A DNA stretch of 24,000 bases from Bacteroidales bacterium (GCA_049315325.1 JBMOKJ010000003.1:30913-54912); one strand, 5' to 3'; counted from the first letter of the stretch, positions 1 to 9,623 are shown. Notes: generated by a model from the letters alone, not told the origin. Numbers and translations are program-made.

Positions 1-68
1 ATTTGGAGGAGTTTACAGACCCCGAATTAGAGGATGGCTTCGATTTTGATTTCGACTTTGAAGAGTGA
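1..68 (+). CDS. 3' end of a CDS cut by the window edge; product unknown (acidic tail ...LEEFTDPELEDGFDFDFDFEE*)
   Basis: Frame 3 is open from the window edge to TGA at 66-68. It is too short to identify, and frame 2 is also open to 47-49, so the frame call is tentative. Confidence 0.25.
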   Translation, partial: LEEFTDPELEDGFDFDFDFEE

Positions 69-133
69 TTTTGTCGTGTAAATTTAATTCTGTTTTTCTT
101 CACTATTTGTTGAATAATATTGGATATTATTTC

Positions 134-141
134 TAAATTTG
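134..141 (+). promoter_or_regulatory. Candidate Bacteroidota primary-sigma -7 box (TAnnTTTG)
   Basis: TAAATTTG lies 77 nt upstream of the ATG at 218 in an AT-rich intergenic region. Confidence 0.4.
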
Positions 142-217
142 TTTCAGGATTTATCCATTTTACAAAATAAAATATTGTGTTGTAATTTGTTGATAATCTA
201 TTACTTGTATAAATTTT

Positions 218-652
218 ATGGAGGATAAATTAGATAAACAAACGGCTTTGGATTTGCGCTATTTACGTATGGCACTCATCTGGGCTGAAAATTCTTACTG
301 CAAACGTAGACAAGTAGGGGCATTGGTTGTCAAAAATAAGATGATTATCTCAGATGGATACAATGGAACTCCCTCTGGTTTTGAAAATAATTGCGAAGAC
401 GAAAATGGAATCACATTCCCGTTTGTGCTTCATGCGGAGGCAAATGCGATTACAAAACTTGCCACATCGCACAACAGTAGCAAGGGCGCTACGCTCTACA
501 TCACTACAGCTCCGTGTATCGAATGTTCAAAATTGATTATTCAATCGGGCATTGAGCGTGTTGTTTATGCCGATAAATACCGTTTTGAAGATGGATTGTT
601 GTTGCTCCAAAAATCGGGTATTGATGTGGTAAATTTAAAATTGACAGAATAA
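218..652 (+). CDS. Deoxycytidylate (dCMP) deaminase, cytidine/deoxycytidylate deaminase zinc-binding family
   Basis: ATG start, 144 aa. Zinc-binding motifs HAEANAI (H-A-E) and PCIECSKLI (P-C-x2-C) are at the spacing typical of ComEB/dCMP deaminases. Confidence 0.85.
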   Translation: MEDKLDKQTALDLRYLRMALIWAENSYCKRRQVGALVVKNKMIISDGYNGTPSGFENNCEDENGITFPFVLHAEANAITKLATSHNSSKGATLYITTAPCIECSKLIIQSGIERVVYADKYRFEDGLLLLQKSGIDVVNLKLTE

Positions 653-658
653 GACTGA

Positions 659-2299
659 ATGAATATGAATTCGAATAAACGCTATATTTTATACCTCGTA
701 CTTACATTGATTGTAGGTCTGTTTTTGGGTGTCTATTTCTCAAATGCACTTTTAAAGAAGCTTCCGATTCTCAATAACAACAAGTTTGGGGCCATTCTCA
801 ACTTGGTTTCTAAGAAATATGTTGACTCGATTTCTGTAGATGATTTAACGGAAAAGGCTATACCGTTGGTTATCGCGGGTCTTGATCCCCATTCTGTCTA
901 TATTCCAGCATCCGATTTGCAGAGTGTGAACGAAGATTTAGAAGGTCGTTTCAGTGGAATCGGAGTGCAATTCAACATTACGCGAGATACCGTTACTGTG
1001 GTGAGTGTGATTACGGGTGGACCCTCAGAAAAAGTTGGCTTGATGCCAGGCGACCGCATTGTGACAATCAACGATACTACGTTTGTTGGCAAGAAAGTGA
1101 CCAACGAGCGAGTGATGAAAAAACTGCGAGGAAAAGACGGCTCAATCGTTAAGATTGGCATCAAACGCTCTTCTTCACCGAAGCTGCTCTCGTTTAAAAT
1201 CGAGCGAGGCGAAATTCCAGTGAATAGTGTCGATGTGGCCTATCGCGTTGAATCAAATATTGGCTACATCAAAATCAGCAAGTTTGGCGAAACTACGTAC
1301 GACGAGTTTGTATCGGCGTTAGCGAAACTCCAAAATCAAAAGTGTACTAGCTTTGTGATTGATTTGCGTGGAAACCCTGGTGGATTCTACAATATGGCCG
1401 TGCAAATGGTGAACGAATTTATGCCCGAAGGTCGCTTGTTGGTCTACACCGAAGGTAAAACAATGCCTCGTGAAGATGCAGTTTCTGACGGTACGGGTAC
1501 GATGCAAAACAACCAAATCGTGGTGTTAATTGATGAATTTTCAGCATCTTCGAGCGAGATTTTCGCTGGAGCAATTCAAGATAACGACCGAGGTTTGATC
1601 ATTGGACGACGCTCGTATGGCAAAGGATTGGTGCAACAGCAATACCCATTGGCTGATGGATCAGCATTGCGTCTGACCATAGCACGCTACTACACCCCAT
1701 CGGGTCGATGCATTCAGAAGCAGTATCAAATGGGCGGTGGCGAAGACTACGAGCAGGATATTGTAAAGCGCTATCTACATGGCGAGTTTGACTCGCAAGA
1801 CAGTGTGAAACTGAACAAGAAGAAAGCCTTTAAAACCATTACAGGCCGTAAGGTCTATGCTGGTGGTGGCATTATGCCCGATATATTTGTCCCAAGAGAT
1901 AAAACTGGGTTGAATTCGTACTACAACAGCTTATTTGACAGCGGAGCAATTTACCAGTTTTGCTTCGAATATGCCGATAAAAACCGTGCAACATTGTCGC
2001 AATTTAAGAATTACAAGCAGTTGGTTGAATATTTGAAAACGCAAGATATTGTGGGTGAAGTGACTGATTATGCCAATGAAAAAGGGGTGAGAAGACGTCC
2101 GATTTACATTGAAATGTCGCGTCGTTTAATTGAATTGCAAGCACATGCACTCATAGCAAGGAATCTAATGGGTGACGATGCATTTTACCCTATCTTCTTG
2201 CAAGATGATGCCACATTGAAAAAAGCCGTTGAGGTTTTAAAGAATAGAGAAGCACAGAAGCTAGCGGCTAAGGCACTTGCTGTAGCTCCGTCAAAATAA
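659..2299 (+). CDS. S41 family C-terminal processing (tail-specific) peptidase with PDZ domain
   Basis: 546 aa with an N-terminal TM anchor (ILYLVLTLIVGLFLGVYF). PDZ-like GIGVQF...GGPSEKVGLMPGDRIVTIN. S41 core DLRGNPGG. Catalytic Ser context DEFSASSSEIFAG and Lys context SYGKGLVQ. Confidence 0.9.
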   Translation: MNMNSNKRYILYLVLTLIVGLFLGVYFSNALLKKLPILNNNKFGAILNLVSKKYVDSISVDDLTEKAIPLVIAGLDPHSVYIPASDLQSVNEDLEGRFSGIGVQFNITRDTVTVVSVITGGPSEKVGLMPGDRIVTINDTTFVGKKVTNERVMKKLRGKDGSIVKIGIKRSSSPKLLSFKIERGEIPVNSVDVAYRVESNIGYIKISKFGETTYDEFVSALAKLQNQKCTSFVIDLRGNPGGFYNMAVQMVNEFMPEGRLLVYTEGKTMPREDAVSDGTGTMQNNQIVVLIDEFSASSSEIFAGAIQDNDRGLIIGRRSYGKGLVQQQYPLADGSALRLTIARYYTPSGRCIQKQYQMGGGEDYEQDIVKRYLHGEFDSQDSVKLNKKKAFKTITGRKVYAGGGIMPDIFVPRDKTGLNSYYNSLFDSGAIYQFCFEYADKNRATLSQFKNYKQLVEYLKTQDIVGEVTDYANEKGVRRRPIYIEMSRRLIELQAHALIARNLMGDDAFYPIFLQDDATLKKAVEVLKNREAQKLAAKALAVAPSK

Positions 2300-2834
2300 T
2301 ATCGACCGATTGGTCAAAGTCTAAGGTGGGAATTGTTTCGAAAAGTTGAAAATCGAAGCAGATTCCCACTTTTTTTGCCTTGATTTTGGGCAGTAGTCTG
2401 TCGTAAAACCCTTTACCATAACCGATGCGCTGCCCATTTTTGTCGAACGCAACTCCGGGCACGATGACTAAGTCTATAATTGAATAGCCTACTATCGTTT
2501 CGCCCATCGGCTCCTGTACGCCAAAGGCTCCTTCTTTTAGCCGATCTTCTCCTTCGAATGGCTTAATCAGAAGTTCATCATCTGATACAACTGGTAGAAA
2601 AATGTTTTTAGTGGTAGAATTCCGAAGAATTGCATTACGAGTTTCCACTTCAAACGGAAGAGCATCGTAGAATAGGATGTTTTTTGCGGATTGAAACTCA
2701 GGCAACAATTCCAGTTTTGCCAAGATAATTGTAGACCAATGATTCAGTTGCTCTTTGCCAAATTCTCGCTTTTGACGAAAAATGGCACTTCTTAGCAATC
2801 GCTTTTCGTCTGCAATCGTGTTAGCGGTTTTCAT
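2268..2834 (-). CDS. 5-formyltetrahydrofolate cyclo-ligase (MTHFS)
   Basis: 188 aa, ATG at 2834. C-terminal signature VPGVAFDKNGQRIGYGKGFYDRLL is typical of the family. The 3' end overlaps the convergent S41 gene by 32 nt. Confidence 0.8.
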   Translation of the reverse strand: MKTANTIADEKRLLRSAIFRQKREFGKEQLNHWSTIILAKLELLPEFQSAKNILFYDALPFEVETRNAILRNSTTKNIFLPVVSDDELLIKPFEGEDRLKEGAFGVQEPMGETIVGYSIIDLVIVPGVAFDKNGQRIGYGKGFYDRLLPKIKAKKVGICFDFQLFETIPTLDFDQSVDIILTELQQVP

Positions 2835-3234
2835 ATTGGTCTATTGCTTCACGCCATTCGTCAGAAATCACTTTCGATTGCTTCAATTCGGGGTGATAGC
2901 CCACCATAACGGTGTGACAGATGCTTTTGACTTTGTTGGTCTCTAAATTCACCAAGTGCTGCAGTATTTTTACACTTTTGTTTCCAATGCCTGTCACTTT
3001 GGTCTGTACTTCGAGCTTTTCGTGCATATAAGTCGGTTCGAAAAAGTCGATGTTCACATTGGCAACAACAATGTCTATTTTTGTCCAGTCTATGATCTCT
3101 TTCTTTACCGTTTGAAAGTAGTCAGACTTTCCTAAATCGAAGTAAGTGAGGTATATTGCGTTGTTCACGTGACCGAGCGAGTCGATGTCGTTGAATCTGA
3201 GTTGAATGGGTAAGTGATGATTGAAATTTTCCAT
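2821..3234 (-). CDS. Acyl-CoA thioesterase, 4HBT/YbgC-like hotdog fold
   Basis: 137 aa. N-terminal RFNDIDSLGHVNNAIYLTYFD matches the hotdog thioesterase catalytic-Asp region. The stop overlaps the downstream MTHFS start by 14 nt, which suggests an operon. Confidence 0.75.
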   Translation of the reverse strand: MENFNHHLPIQLRFNDIDSLGHVNNAIYLTYFDLGKSDYFQTVKKEIIDWTKIDIVVANVNIDFFEPTYMHEKLEVQTKVTGIGNKSVKILQHLVNLETNKVKSICHTVMVGYHPELKQSKVISDEWREAIDQYENR

Positions 3235-3247
3235 AATTTGTTGTTAT

Positions 3248-3538
3248 TTATCTGAATACGATTTCTGAAATTACCTCTCTTCCGACGTGTTCGTTTAGAC
3301 GAAAGAGGATTTTTTCGCGATTCATCTGGAGTTCTTGCCTTAAAACCGATGAATTTAGTTGCACATAAAGTACGCTGTTTTTTATAAAGAGCGATTTCGT
3401 GTAACTTGCCACCGATTTGCCCAATACAGCTTCCCACGCACTCACCAAATGAGTTTCGTCGAAACGCTTATCCAGCTTGTTCTCCTTGAGGAATTGGCTG
3501 ATAGCTTCGCCTATTGATAGGGCATTTTTGTGCTGCAT
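3248..3538 (-). CDS. DUF721 (DciA-like) protein
   Basis: 96 aa, directly downstream of recF, which is the usual position in Bacteroidota. The length and the W..VLG....YT......N..L.V...SS.....L pattern fit DUF721. Confidence 0.7.
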   Translation of the reverse strand: MQHKNALSIGEAISQFLKENKLDKRFDETHLVSAWEAVLGKSVASYTKSLFIKNSVLYVQLNSSVLRQELQMNREKILFRLNEHVGREVISEIVFR

Positions 3539-3544
3539 TTATTC

Positions 3545-4642
3545 TTATAATTGCGTAAATCCACCATTCTCAACTTGATAGAGGTGGTAGTTTTGATGTG
3601 CTTCTGCTATTATTTTGTCGAGGTATTTTCGGTTGGTGTCGGTGATAAAAATCTGACCGAACGTTTCGCCAGAAACCAAACGAATAATTTTCTCTACCCG
3701 AAGCGCGTCAATTTTATCAAATATATCATCAAGTAAAAGAATGGGAGTAGTTTCACTCGCACGCTTCAGAAACATAAACTGAGAAAGCTTCAGCGCAATC
3801 AAGTAGGTCTTGTTTTGACCTTGAGAACCAACCCGTTTGAGTGGGTATTCGCCAAGTTGCATCTCCAAGTCATCTTTATGGATTCCTTTGGTTGTGAAGC
3901 CAAGTATTTGGTCCTTTTGTCGAGAAAGGCGCAGTTGTTCCATCAGATTTCCATCCTTTAGATGTGAGTCGTATTCTAGCGAAACGCTCTCGTTGCCATC
4001 GCAAATAAAGGTGTAATATTCTTGGAAAATTGGGGTGAAATCGGTGATAAACTTACACCGCTTTTCGTAAATATATTCGGCTGCTTGGGTCATTTGCTCT
4101 TCGAGAATTTCCATCAGCGAGAAGTCGTTTCCAGAAACACTGTTTTTGAGCATGGCATTACGTTGGGTCAACGCTTTGTTGTAACGAATCAGGGCATCAA
4201 GATAGATGCGGTCTGATTGCGAAATCACCTGATCGATGAATTTTCGGCGCTCTTCACTGCCTCCGAGAATCAAAACCGAATCTTCGGGCGAAATCATCAC
4301 CAAAGGCAGTAGCCCGATGTGATCGGAGAGGCGTTCGTACTCTTTTTTGTTTCGCTTAAACTGCTTTTTCTGCTTCCGTTTCATGCCGCAGTATAGTTCT
4401 TCGTCTTTACCTTGAAGGTCGTAAAACCCTTGAATCATAAAAAACTCTTCTTCGTGACGAATGTTCTGATTGTCAATGGTATTCGAAAAACTTTTACAAA
4501 AGGAGAGGTAGTAGATGGCATCCAACACGTTCGTTTTTCCCATACCATTGTTTCCCAAAAAACAGTTTATTTTTGGAGAAAATAAGAAATCTGCCTGAAT
4601 AATATTTTTGTAATTTACAATCGAAATCTGCTTCAGAAACAT
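3545..4642 (-). CDS. recF: DNA replication and repair protein RecF
   Basis: 365 aa. Walker A GNNGMGKTNVLDAIYY, SMC-like signature GSQGQNKT, Walker B ILLLDDIFDKID. Confidence 0.93.
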   Translation of the reverse strand: MFLKQISIVNYKNIIQADFLFSPKINCFLGNNGMGKTNVLDAIYYLSFCKSFSNTIDNQNIRHEEEFFMIQGFYDLQGKDEELYCGMKRKQKKQFKRNKKEYERLSDHIGLLPLVMISPEDSVLILGGSEERRKFIDQVISQSDRIYLDALIRYNKALTQRNAMLKNSVSGNDFSLMEILEEQMTQAAEYIYEKRCKFITDFTPIFQEYYTFICDGNESVSLEYDSHLKDGNLMEQLRLSRQKDQILGFTTKGIHKDDLEMQLGEYPLKRVGSQGQNKTYLIALKLSQFMFLKRASETTPILLLDDIFDKIDALRVEKIIRLVSGETFGQIFITDTNRKYLDKIIAEAHQNYHLYQVENGGFTQL

Positions 4643-4686
4643 AGTTGTAGCGGCTTTTGCTGTGCAAGTTTGGGTTGCACTTCCGA

Positions 4687-4694
4687 CAAAGTTA
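4687..4694 (-). promoter_or_regulatory. Candidate -7 box (TAACTTTG on minus strand) for recF operon
   Basis: The plus strand reads CAAAGTTA, 45 nt upstream of the recF ATG (4642). Confidence 0.4.
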
Positions 4695-4789
4695 CAATTT
4701 TTCCGAACAATCTTCGATAAACTCCTTGATTTTGGCTTTCGATTGCGAAAAAAGTTTGGTCTAAATTTCGTTTATATCCATAAAAAAAC

Positions 4790-4797
4790 TACTTTTG
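4790..4797 (+). promoter_or_regulatory. Candidate -7 box (TACTTTTG) for TPR-ribH operon
   Basis: It matches TAnnTTTG 43 nt upstream of the ATG at 4840 and lies inside the longer 4795 ORF version, which argues for the 4840 start. Confidence 0.45.
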
Positions 4798-4839
4798 CCT
4801 TCCAAACTAAAAAACATTTGTCAAAAAATAAAAACGAAT

Positions 4840-5529
4840 ATGGCTGAAAAAAGTAACAAACCAACAGGTACAGATTTGGAGAATGTTCAAGAAGTTCTTA
4901 CTAAATCGGAACAATTTATCGAAAAATATCAAAAGCAAATCCTAATTGGATTGGCCGTTGTCGTTATTGCCGTATCTGGTGGAATGGCATTTAAATATGC
5001 ATACCTGAAGCCAAAAGAAGAAAAAGCTGAAGCTGCGATGTACAAATGTGAGATCTTCTTCCAACAAGATTCATTCAAATTGGCTCTTAACGGAAATGGT
5101 GCTGATGTGATTGGTTTCGAAGGCGTGATTGACGAATATGGAATTACCAAAACATCGAATGTTGCTAAATTTTACGCAGGTATTTGCCACAAAAACTTGG
5201 GTGATTACGCCAAAGCAATCGACTATTTGAGCGACTTTAGTTCAGACGATAAAATGCTGAAACCTGCTGCAATCTCTGCAATCGGCGATTGTCAAGTAGA
5301 GATGGGCAATGTAGCTGATGCTGCCGAGTCTTTCGAAAAAGCGGCAAAAGTGGCAAACAACGAACTACTATCTCCAATCAACTTGAAGAAAGCAGGATTG
5401 GCTTACGAAAATCTGAAGAAATTCGACAAAGCAATCGAGGTTTATACTACCATTAAAGAGAAATACTTCAATACTCAGGAAGCTGCTGACATCGACAAAT
5501 ACATCGAAAGAGCGAAATTGAATCAATAA
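4840..5529 (+). CDS. Membrane-anchored tetratricopeptide-repeat protein (YfgM-like)
   Basis: Start chosen at [10 protein letters not shown] (4840). Single [20 protein letters not shown] followed by TPR-like helices ([43 protein letters not shown]). Its stop overlaps the ribH ATG (TAATG). Confidence 0.7.
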   Translation: MAEKSNKPTGTDLENVQEVLTKSEQFIEKYQKQILIGLAVVVIAVSGGMAFKYAYLKPKEEKAEAAMYKCEIFFQQDSFKLALNGNGADVIGFEGVIDEYGITKTSNVAKFYAGICHKNLGDYAKAIDYLSDFSSDDKMLKPAAISAIGDCQVEMGNVADAAESFEKAAKVANNELLSPINLKKAGLAYENLKKFDKAIEVYTTIKEKYFNTQEAADIDKYIERAKLNQ

Positions 5530-6020
5530 TGGCAACAGCTTATCAGAATCTCTCTTCCTACAATGCCGATTTAGTGCCTGATGCGTCTGAAATGCATTTT
5601 GGTATTGTGGTGGCAGAGTGGAACCCCAATATTACCGAACCTTTGCTTGAGGGCGCTGTGAACACGCTCGAAAAGCATGGTGCAAAAGCAGAAAACATAC
5701 TTGTTACACGAGTGCCTGGCACTTTTGAATTGACTTTTGGTGCACGCGAAGTGGCAGAAAGTGCTGAAGTGGATGCTGTAATCGTGCTCGGCTGTGTTGT
5801 TCGAGGCGATACACCGCACTTTGATTACGTTTGTCAGGGAGTTACGCTTGGTATCACGAAACTGAATTTGCTTTTTACTATTCCGTTTATATTCGGTGTT
5901 TTAACTACCGATACGATGCAACAATCGCTCGATAGAGCAGGCGGAATCCACGGTAACAAGGGCGATGAAGCTGCAATTACTGCAATAAAAATGGCAAATT
6001 TCTCTTGCCAGATTAAATAA
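5529..6020 (+). CDS. ribH: 6,7-dimethyl-8-ribityllumazine synthase
   Basis: 163 aa. [36 protein letters not shown] and GNKGDEAA are characteristic RibH segments. Confidence 0.92.
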   Translation: MATAYQNLSSYNADLVPDASEMHFGIVVAEWNPNITEPLLEGAVNTLEKHGAKAENILVTRVPGTFELTFGAREVAESAEVDAVIVLGCVVRGDTPHFDYVCQGVTLGITKLNLLFTIPFIFGVLTTDTMQQSLDRAGGIHGNKGDEAAITAIKMANFSCQIK

Positions 6021-6026
6021 AAGGAT

Positions 6027-6034
6027 TACCTTTG
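6027..6034 (+). promoter_or_regulatory. Candidate -7 box (TACCTTTG) for the tRNA pair
   Basis: It matches TAnnTTTG 16 nt upstream of the tRNA-Tyr 5' end. Confidence 0.45.
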
Positions 6035-6049
6035 CAACGCATTTAAAAA

Positions 6050-6131
6050 GGGCGATTACCAGAGTGGCCAAATGGGGCAGACTGTAAATCTGCTGGTAGT
6101 ACCTTCGGTGGTTCGAATCCATCATCGCCCA
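6050..6131 (+). tRNA. tRNA-Tyr (anticodon GTA), class II long variable arm
   Basis: Folded by hand. Acceptor GGGCGAT/ATCGCCC, anticodon stem GCAGA/TCTGC with loop CTGTAAA, variable-arm hairpin GGT-AGT-ACC, T arm GGTGG-TTCGAAT-CCATC, discriminator A. Confidence 0.9.
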
Positions 6132-6165
6132 CAACCGATTTGTAATTTACAGTTGCAAATCACCC

Positions 6166-6238
6166 GCGGGAGTAGCTCAGTTGATAGAGCATTAGCCTTC
6201 CAAGCTGAGGGTCGCGGGTTTGAGTCCCGTCTCCCGCT
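6166..6238 (+). tRNA. tRNA-Gly (anticodon TCC)
   Basis: Folded by hand. Acceptor GCGGGAG/CTCCCGC, D arm GCTC-AGTTGATA-GAGC, anticodon loop CTTCCAA, T arm GCGGG-TTTGAGT-CCCGT, discriminator T. Confidence 0.9.
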
Positions 6239-6245
6239 CACAAAT

Positions 6246-6275
6246 AAAAAAGCACCTCATTGAGGTGCTTTTTTT
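6246..6275. terminator. Bidirectional rho-independent terminator
   Basis: Stem AGCACCTC / GAGGTGCT with a 3-nt loop, flanked by an A5 run upstream and a T7 run downstream. It sits between the tRNA pair (+) and the convergent rhodanese gene (-). Confidence 0.8.
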
Positions 6276-6297
6276 GTTTCGGTATATGCTTGTTGTA

Positions 6298-6642
6298 CTA
6301 TTCGTCTTCAATGTCATCCACTGGTTTGCCGCTATCGAGCCATTCCATAATGCCACCGCCAAGTTCATATACTTGCAATCCAATGGATATCATCTCTTTA
6401 GCTGCCAGTTTACTTCTTACGCCACTGCGACAATAGATGGCGACAGGCTTTGTTTTATCTAACTCAGCAATTTGCTCTGTGAAGAATCCAGTAGGGTCAG
6501 TCACATTCATATTTACTGCACCAGAAATGTGTCCGTTGATGTACTCTTCAGTGGTTCTCACATCCACCAATTGCATATCGGGCTGTTGTATCAGTTGCTC
6601 AAACTCATTTGCATGAACCGATGTAAAGCTGTTGTTGCTCAT
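6298..6642 (-). CDS. Rhodanese-like domain protein (sulfurtransferase)
   Basis: 114 aa single rhodanese domain. LVDVRTTEEYINGHISGA and the active-site loop YCRSGVRS (Cys-x5 loop). Confidence 0.85.
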   Translation of the reverse strand: MSNNSFTSVHANEFEQLIQQPDMQLVDVRTTEEYINGHISGAVNMNVTDPTGFFTEQIAELDKTKPVAIYCRSGVRSKLAAKEMISIGLQVYELGGGIMEWLDSGKPVDDIEDE

Positions 6643-6736
6643 TCGTTAACTGTTTTAATTGATTAGGTATTCTGATTTTATAACAACATTGTATTGAAAT
6701 GGTTTATTCTCTTTTGAAAAACTGATGTTAATTAAA

Positions 6737-6774
6737 CCGCTGCACACCTTCGATTTTCTGGTAAGGACGTGCGG
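6737..6774 (-). terminator. Possible terminator hairpin after the lipoprotein gene
   Basis: On the minus strand, CCGCAC-G-TCCTT...AAGG-T-GTGC(A)GCGG is followed by TTTAATTAA. The stem is imperfect and the loop large, so support is weak. Confidence 0.3.
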
Positions 6775-6777
6775 AAA

Positions 6778-8514
6778 TTATCGTTCTTGATATTCAAATA
6801 AGGCAGGGGAGTACCCTGAGGTTGAACTTGAGGTTACATTGAAATATGCTTTATTCCCAATTACGAAAACAGTTTTATTACTATCACTACCTCTAATCAC
6901 TGGATAATTTGAAACTTCAACCCATAAATCTATAAGAGAGTTATATTTATATAACTTCATACCTGAATGAAGGATGTAAGCACTATTATTTAATGTAAAT
7001 CCTACATCCGAATAAGATGAATAAGGATAACTGTTTTTTTGAGTCCATGTGTTGTTTGTAATGTCATATTTATATGTATGACCATCGCTTGCAATATACA
7101 ATTCATTGTTAATATTAAATGCAAATAGAAATCCTCTCTCGACTTTTTTCGGGAAGTTACTTGATTTGGTGTACTTTTCGTTTTCAAAATCACATTTCCA
7201 TAGTTCACCTACATCAGAAATCACAAATAATTCGTCATCAATCCAAGAATAGTTACAGATGCCTGAACTAAATGGTGTGTTATTTTTTCTTTTCCAAGAT
7301 TGATTGATAAAGTCAAACTCCCATAATTCATTCATTTTATTGTGTAAATAATCGATTCCACCAAATTTATAAATTTTGTTGTCTATCACAACAAATTTGC
7401 ACCAATCAGATCTTTCTCCTGGAAAGGTAGAAGTTGTGATTTCATGCCAGTCATTTGTTTGAGGATTATATTCTACAAAATTTTTTGAACTGACTTCGTA
7501 AATATATCCTTTACCTGAGTATACAAATGATTGATAATAATATGACCAATCGAATGGAGGTGATTTTAATTGGCTCCAAGATTTTATACACTTTAATGGG
7601 TGAGAAAATTTTATAGTTTTTAGACCATTTTGATAGTGTAATGTGTCTTCGTAGTCGGAAAATAAATTGTTTAAATTATAGGGTACAATAAAGTTTATTG
7701 AATTGTCGTTTGCTGATATTATGGTTGTTGGAAGAGATCCAATAAATAGCGACTTATAAGACCCATTTTTTAATAAATTATTTCCTTCTATTGTCAAAAT
7801 TTCTCCTGAATGTGCACTTGTTTTTGTGATAGATTCAATAGTTGGACCAATTATGTTAAATGTTTCATTCAACTCAGATACTTTATCTCCATTACTAATC
7901 GCTATTTGAGCTTTTCCAACTTTAGTATTGTCAGGAATCCAAAATATTATGGAATCATTTGAGATGCGTTTAATGCTTGCATGTGCATTGTTAACATAAA
8001 TATTATTCTCAGTCGCAATATGATTCATGTATTTGCAGGTCATTATTATACTGCTTCCGTCATATCCTTCTAGTGGAGAAATATTTTTAATTTGAGGGGT
8101 CTCTGAACCTTGGCTGGTAAATGCTACTGTATTCCCTTTTACAAAATAATTTTCTGTTTTTATGTAAGAGTAGCAGCTATATGTATAATTTTTTCTAAAA
8201 TCAGACTCAATGATGATATTGAAATCAGTTACATCTTTTTTCTTTAATAAACTGTATGTGAATTCATTATTATATTTTTTATCATTACAAATAAAACCAT
8301 AATCTAATATTTTATCTGTTCCAGTTGTTAAAACTTTAGCCTCAAGTTTAACTCCGTATTGTCCAATACTCGAAGCTTCCATCGTTGTTAAAACAGGGTA
8401 TTTTCTATTTTTAAATAATTCTTCGTTCTGACATCCAAAAAGAAAAATTAATTGACTTAGCAAAAAAATTGTTACCCCGCAAATTTTTAAAATGTCAATC
8501 CTACAATTAAACAT
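6778..8514 (-). CDS. Surface lipoprotein with an N-terminal Ig-like domain, two IPT/TIG-like domains and a C-terminal Kelch-like beta-propeller
   Basis: 578 aa. Signal peptide with lipobox LFGC. Two IPT/TIG-like segments (PQIKNISPLEGYDGSSII... and GPTIESITKTSAHSGEILTIEGNNL...). The C-terminal ~260 aa carry repeated W-containing blades (TNDWHEITT, NQSWKRKNN, NNTWTQKNS, IDLWVEVSN). Strongly AT-rich codon usage. Confidence 0.6.
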   Translation of the reverse strand: MFNCRIDILKICGVTIFLLSQLIFLFGCQNEELFKNRKYPVLTTMEASSIGQYGVKLEAKVLTTGTDKILDYGFICNDKKYNNEFTYSLLKKKDVTDFNIIIESDFRKNYTYSCYSYIKTENYFVKGNTVAFTSQGSETPQIKNISPLEGYDGSSIIMTCKYMNHIATENNIYVNNAHASIKRISNDSIIFWIPDNTKVGKAQIAISNGDKVSELNETFNIIGPTIESITKTSAHSGEILTIEGNNLLKNGSYKSLFIGSLPTTIISANDNSINFIVPYNLNNLFSDYEDTLHYQNGLKTIKFSHPLKCIKSWSQLKSPPFDWSYYYQSFVYSGKGYIYEVSSKNFVEYNPQTNDWHEITTSTFPGERSDWCKFVVIDNKIYKFGGIDYLHNKMNELWEFDFINQSWKRKNNTPFSSGICNYSWIDDELFVISDVGELWKCDFENEKYTKSSNFPKKVERGFLFAFNINNELYIASDGHTYKYDITNNTWTQKNSYPYSSYSDVGFTLNNSAYILHSGMKLYKYNSLIDLWVEVSNYPVIRGSDSNKTVFVIGNKAYFNVTSSSTSGYSPALFEYQER

Positions 8515-9623
8515 ATTTCTCTATTATTTAGATGATCGCCTCCCGAATAAATTGCCTCAAGTTTGTTATATCTTAATTCAAATGACGGTTTAAACTTTCC
8601 AAAGAGTTGGTGCCCAAATCCAAATCCAATTGTATATCCAATTAACCAGTCATTTAGAATGTTGGGTTGAGTTGGTTCTAATATTTCAACTCTATTGTCA
8701 GAAATCAAAGCTGCATACAAAGTACTTTTTTTCTTGAAATTATAGCCGGCTATTGGTCCTAAACTTATGTAAGGACTATATGCTCTTTTGGTTAGAAGGT
8801 ATTTTAATTGGACTGGAAACTTGATAGATGAATAATCCCCCAACAAATCGTAATCAGTTGTTTTATTATTAATGTTTACATTCATTGCATGATATATAAA
8901 AGAATATCTTGAAAAATAAATTTCTGTTTTTATCGAAAAAGAACTATATTCTATTGGTATTTCATTAAAAAGTCCAATCGAAAAAGAATTCAAAAATAAA
9001 AAATTCATATTTGCGATACCCACAAGCGACATTTGATCAGAATTTACAAATTTGCTAAATTCAAATGAAGCTCTAACACCCCATTTATATTTGGAAAGTT
9101 CATATACTTTACCTTTGTTCAGCCTGCTTAAAAATTCCGAAATCGAACCAAGATTATATTCTACAGTTTGAATTATTTCATTAATATTTTTATAACTCTG
9201 TGAGATTTCAAGTAATTTATCACGATAGTTGTCTTTAGTCAATTCACAAAATAATATATTTTTGACTGAGTTCTGCTCCAAAAAATATCTATTGTTTGAA
9301 TTTTGGTATAAACAATACAAGTTATAGTCGCCTTGTACTACTAACTCCATGAAAAAATTTTCATTCTTCGAACCATTAATAATGCTTTTAGATCTGAAGA
9401 TTCGGCCGTCCGCATAGCCAAATTCTTTAATTTCATACGGAGAATACTTTTGGAGTTCACCATTTTGTTTTTTCTCAATTAAGTAAAAAGTGTTTTTAAT
9501 ACCCCATTCCTCTACAATATTAATACCGGTATAAAGGATCGAGTCACTAAGGATATAATTCTTTTGTGAGAAAGATGATAAAGACAAAGCCCAAAATACA
9601 AAAGCGATTTTATAACACTTCAT
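8487..9623 (-). CDS. Outer-membrane beta-barrel protein with an N-terminal soluble domain (family unknown)
   Basis: Start placed at MKCYKIAFVFWALSLSSFSQ (signal peptide, ATG 9623) because a -7 box lies inside the longer ORF version. The C-terminal half has alternating aromatic/hydrophobic strands and ends in ...IVGLTF (terminal Phe, typical of OMPs). The 3' end overlaps the downstream lipoprotein start by 28 nt. Confidence 0.5.
   Translation of the reverse strand: MKCYKIAFVFWALSLSSFSQKNYILSDSILYTGINIVEEWGIKNTFYLIEKKQNGELQKYSPYEIKEFGYADGRIFRSKSIINGSKNENFFMELVVQGDYNLYCLYQNSNNRYFLEQNSVKNILFCELTKDNYRDKLLEISQSYKNINEIIQTVEYNLGSISEFLSRLNKGKVYELSKYKWGVRASFEFSKFVNSDQMSLVGIANMNFLFLNSFSIGLFNEIPIEYSSFSIKTEIYFSRYSFIYHAMNVNINNKTTDYDLLGDYSSIKFPVQLKYLLTKRAYSPYISLGPIAGYNFKKKSTLYAALISDNRVEILEPTQPNILNDWLIGYTIGFGFGHQLFGKFKPSFELRYNKLEAIYSGGDHLNNREICLIVGLTF

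Noticed and set aside
3165-3437. 90-aa minus-strand ORF overlapping the thioesterase start and the DUF721 gene
   Set aside because: It is an alternative frame of two well-supported genes, with a basic low-complexity translation. It is a shadow ORF.
4795-4839. Upstream extensions of ORFs: 4795 for the TPR gene, 9674 for the OMP, 11836 for the ABC gene, 22475 for the S41 gene
   Set aside because: In each case an internal ATG gives a sensible N-terminus (signal peptide, or coupling overlap with the upstream stop). The extension would cover a candidate -7 box or the upstream gene's coding end.
6072-6462. Short ORFs overlapping the tRNA pair and terminator (6072-6263 +, 6192-6383 -, 6220-6462 +)
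   Set aside because: They are explained by the tRNA-Tyr and tRNA-Gly genes, the terminator, and the antisense strand of the rhodanese gene.
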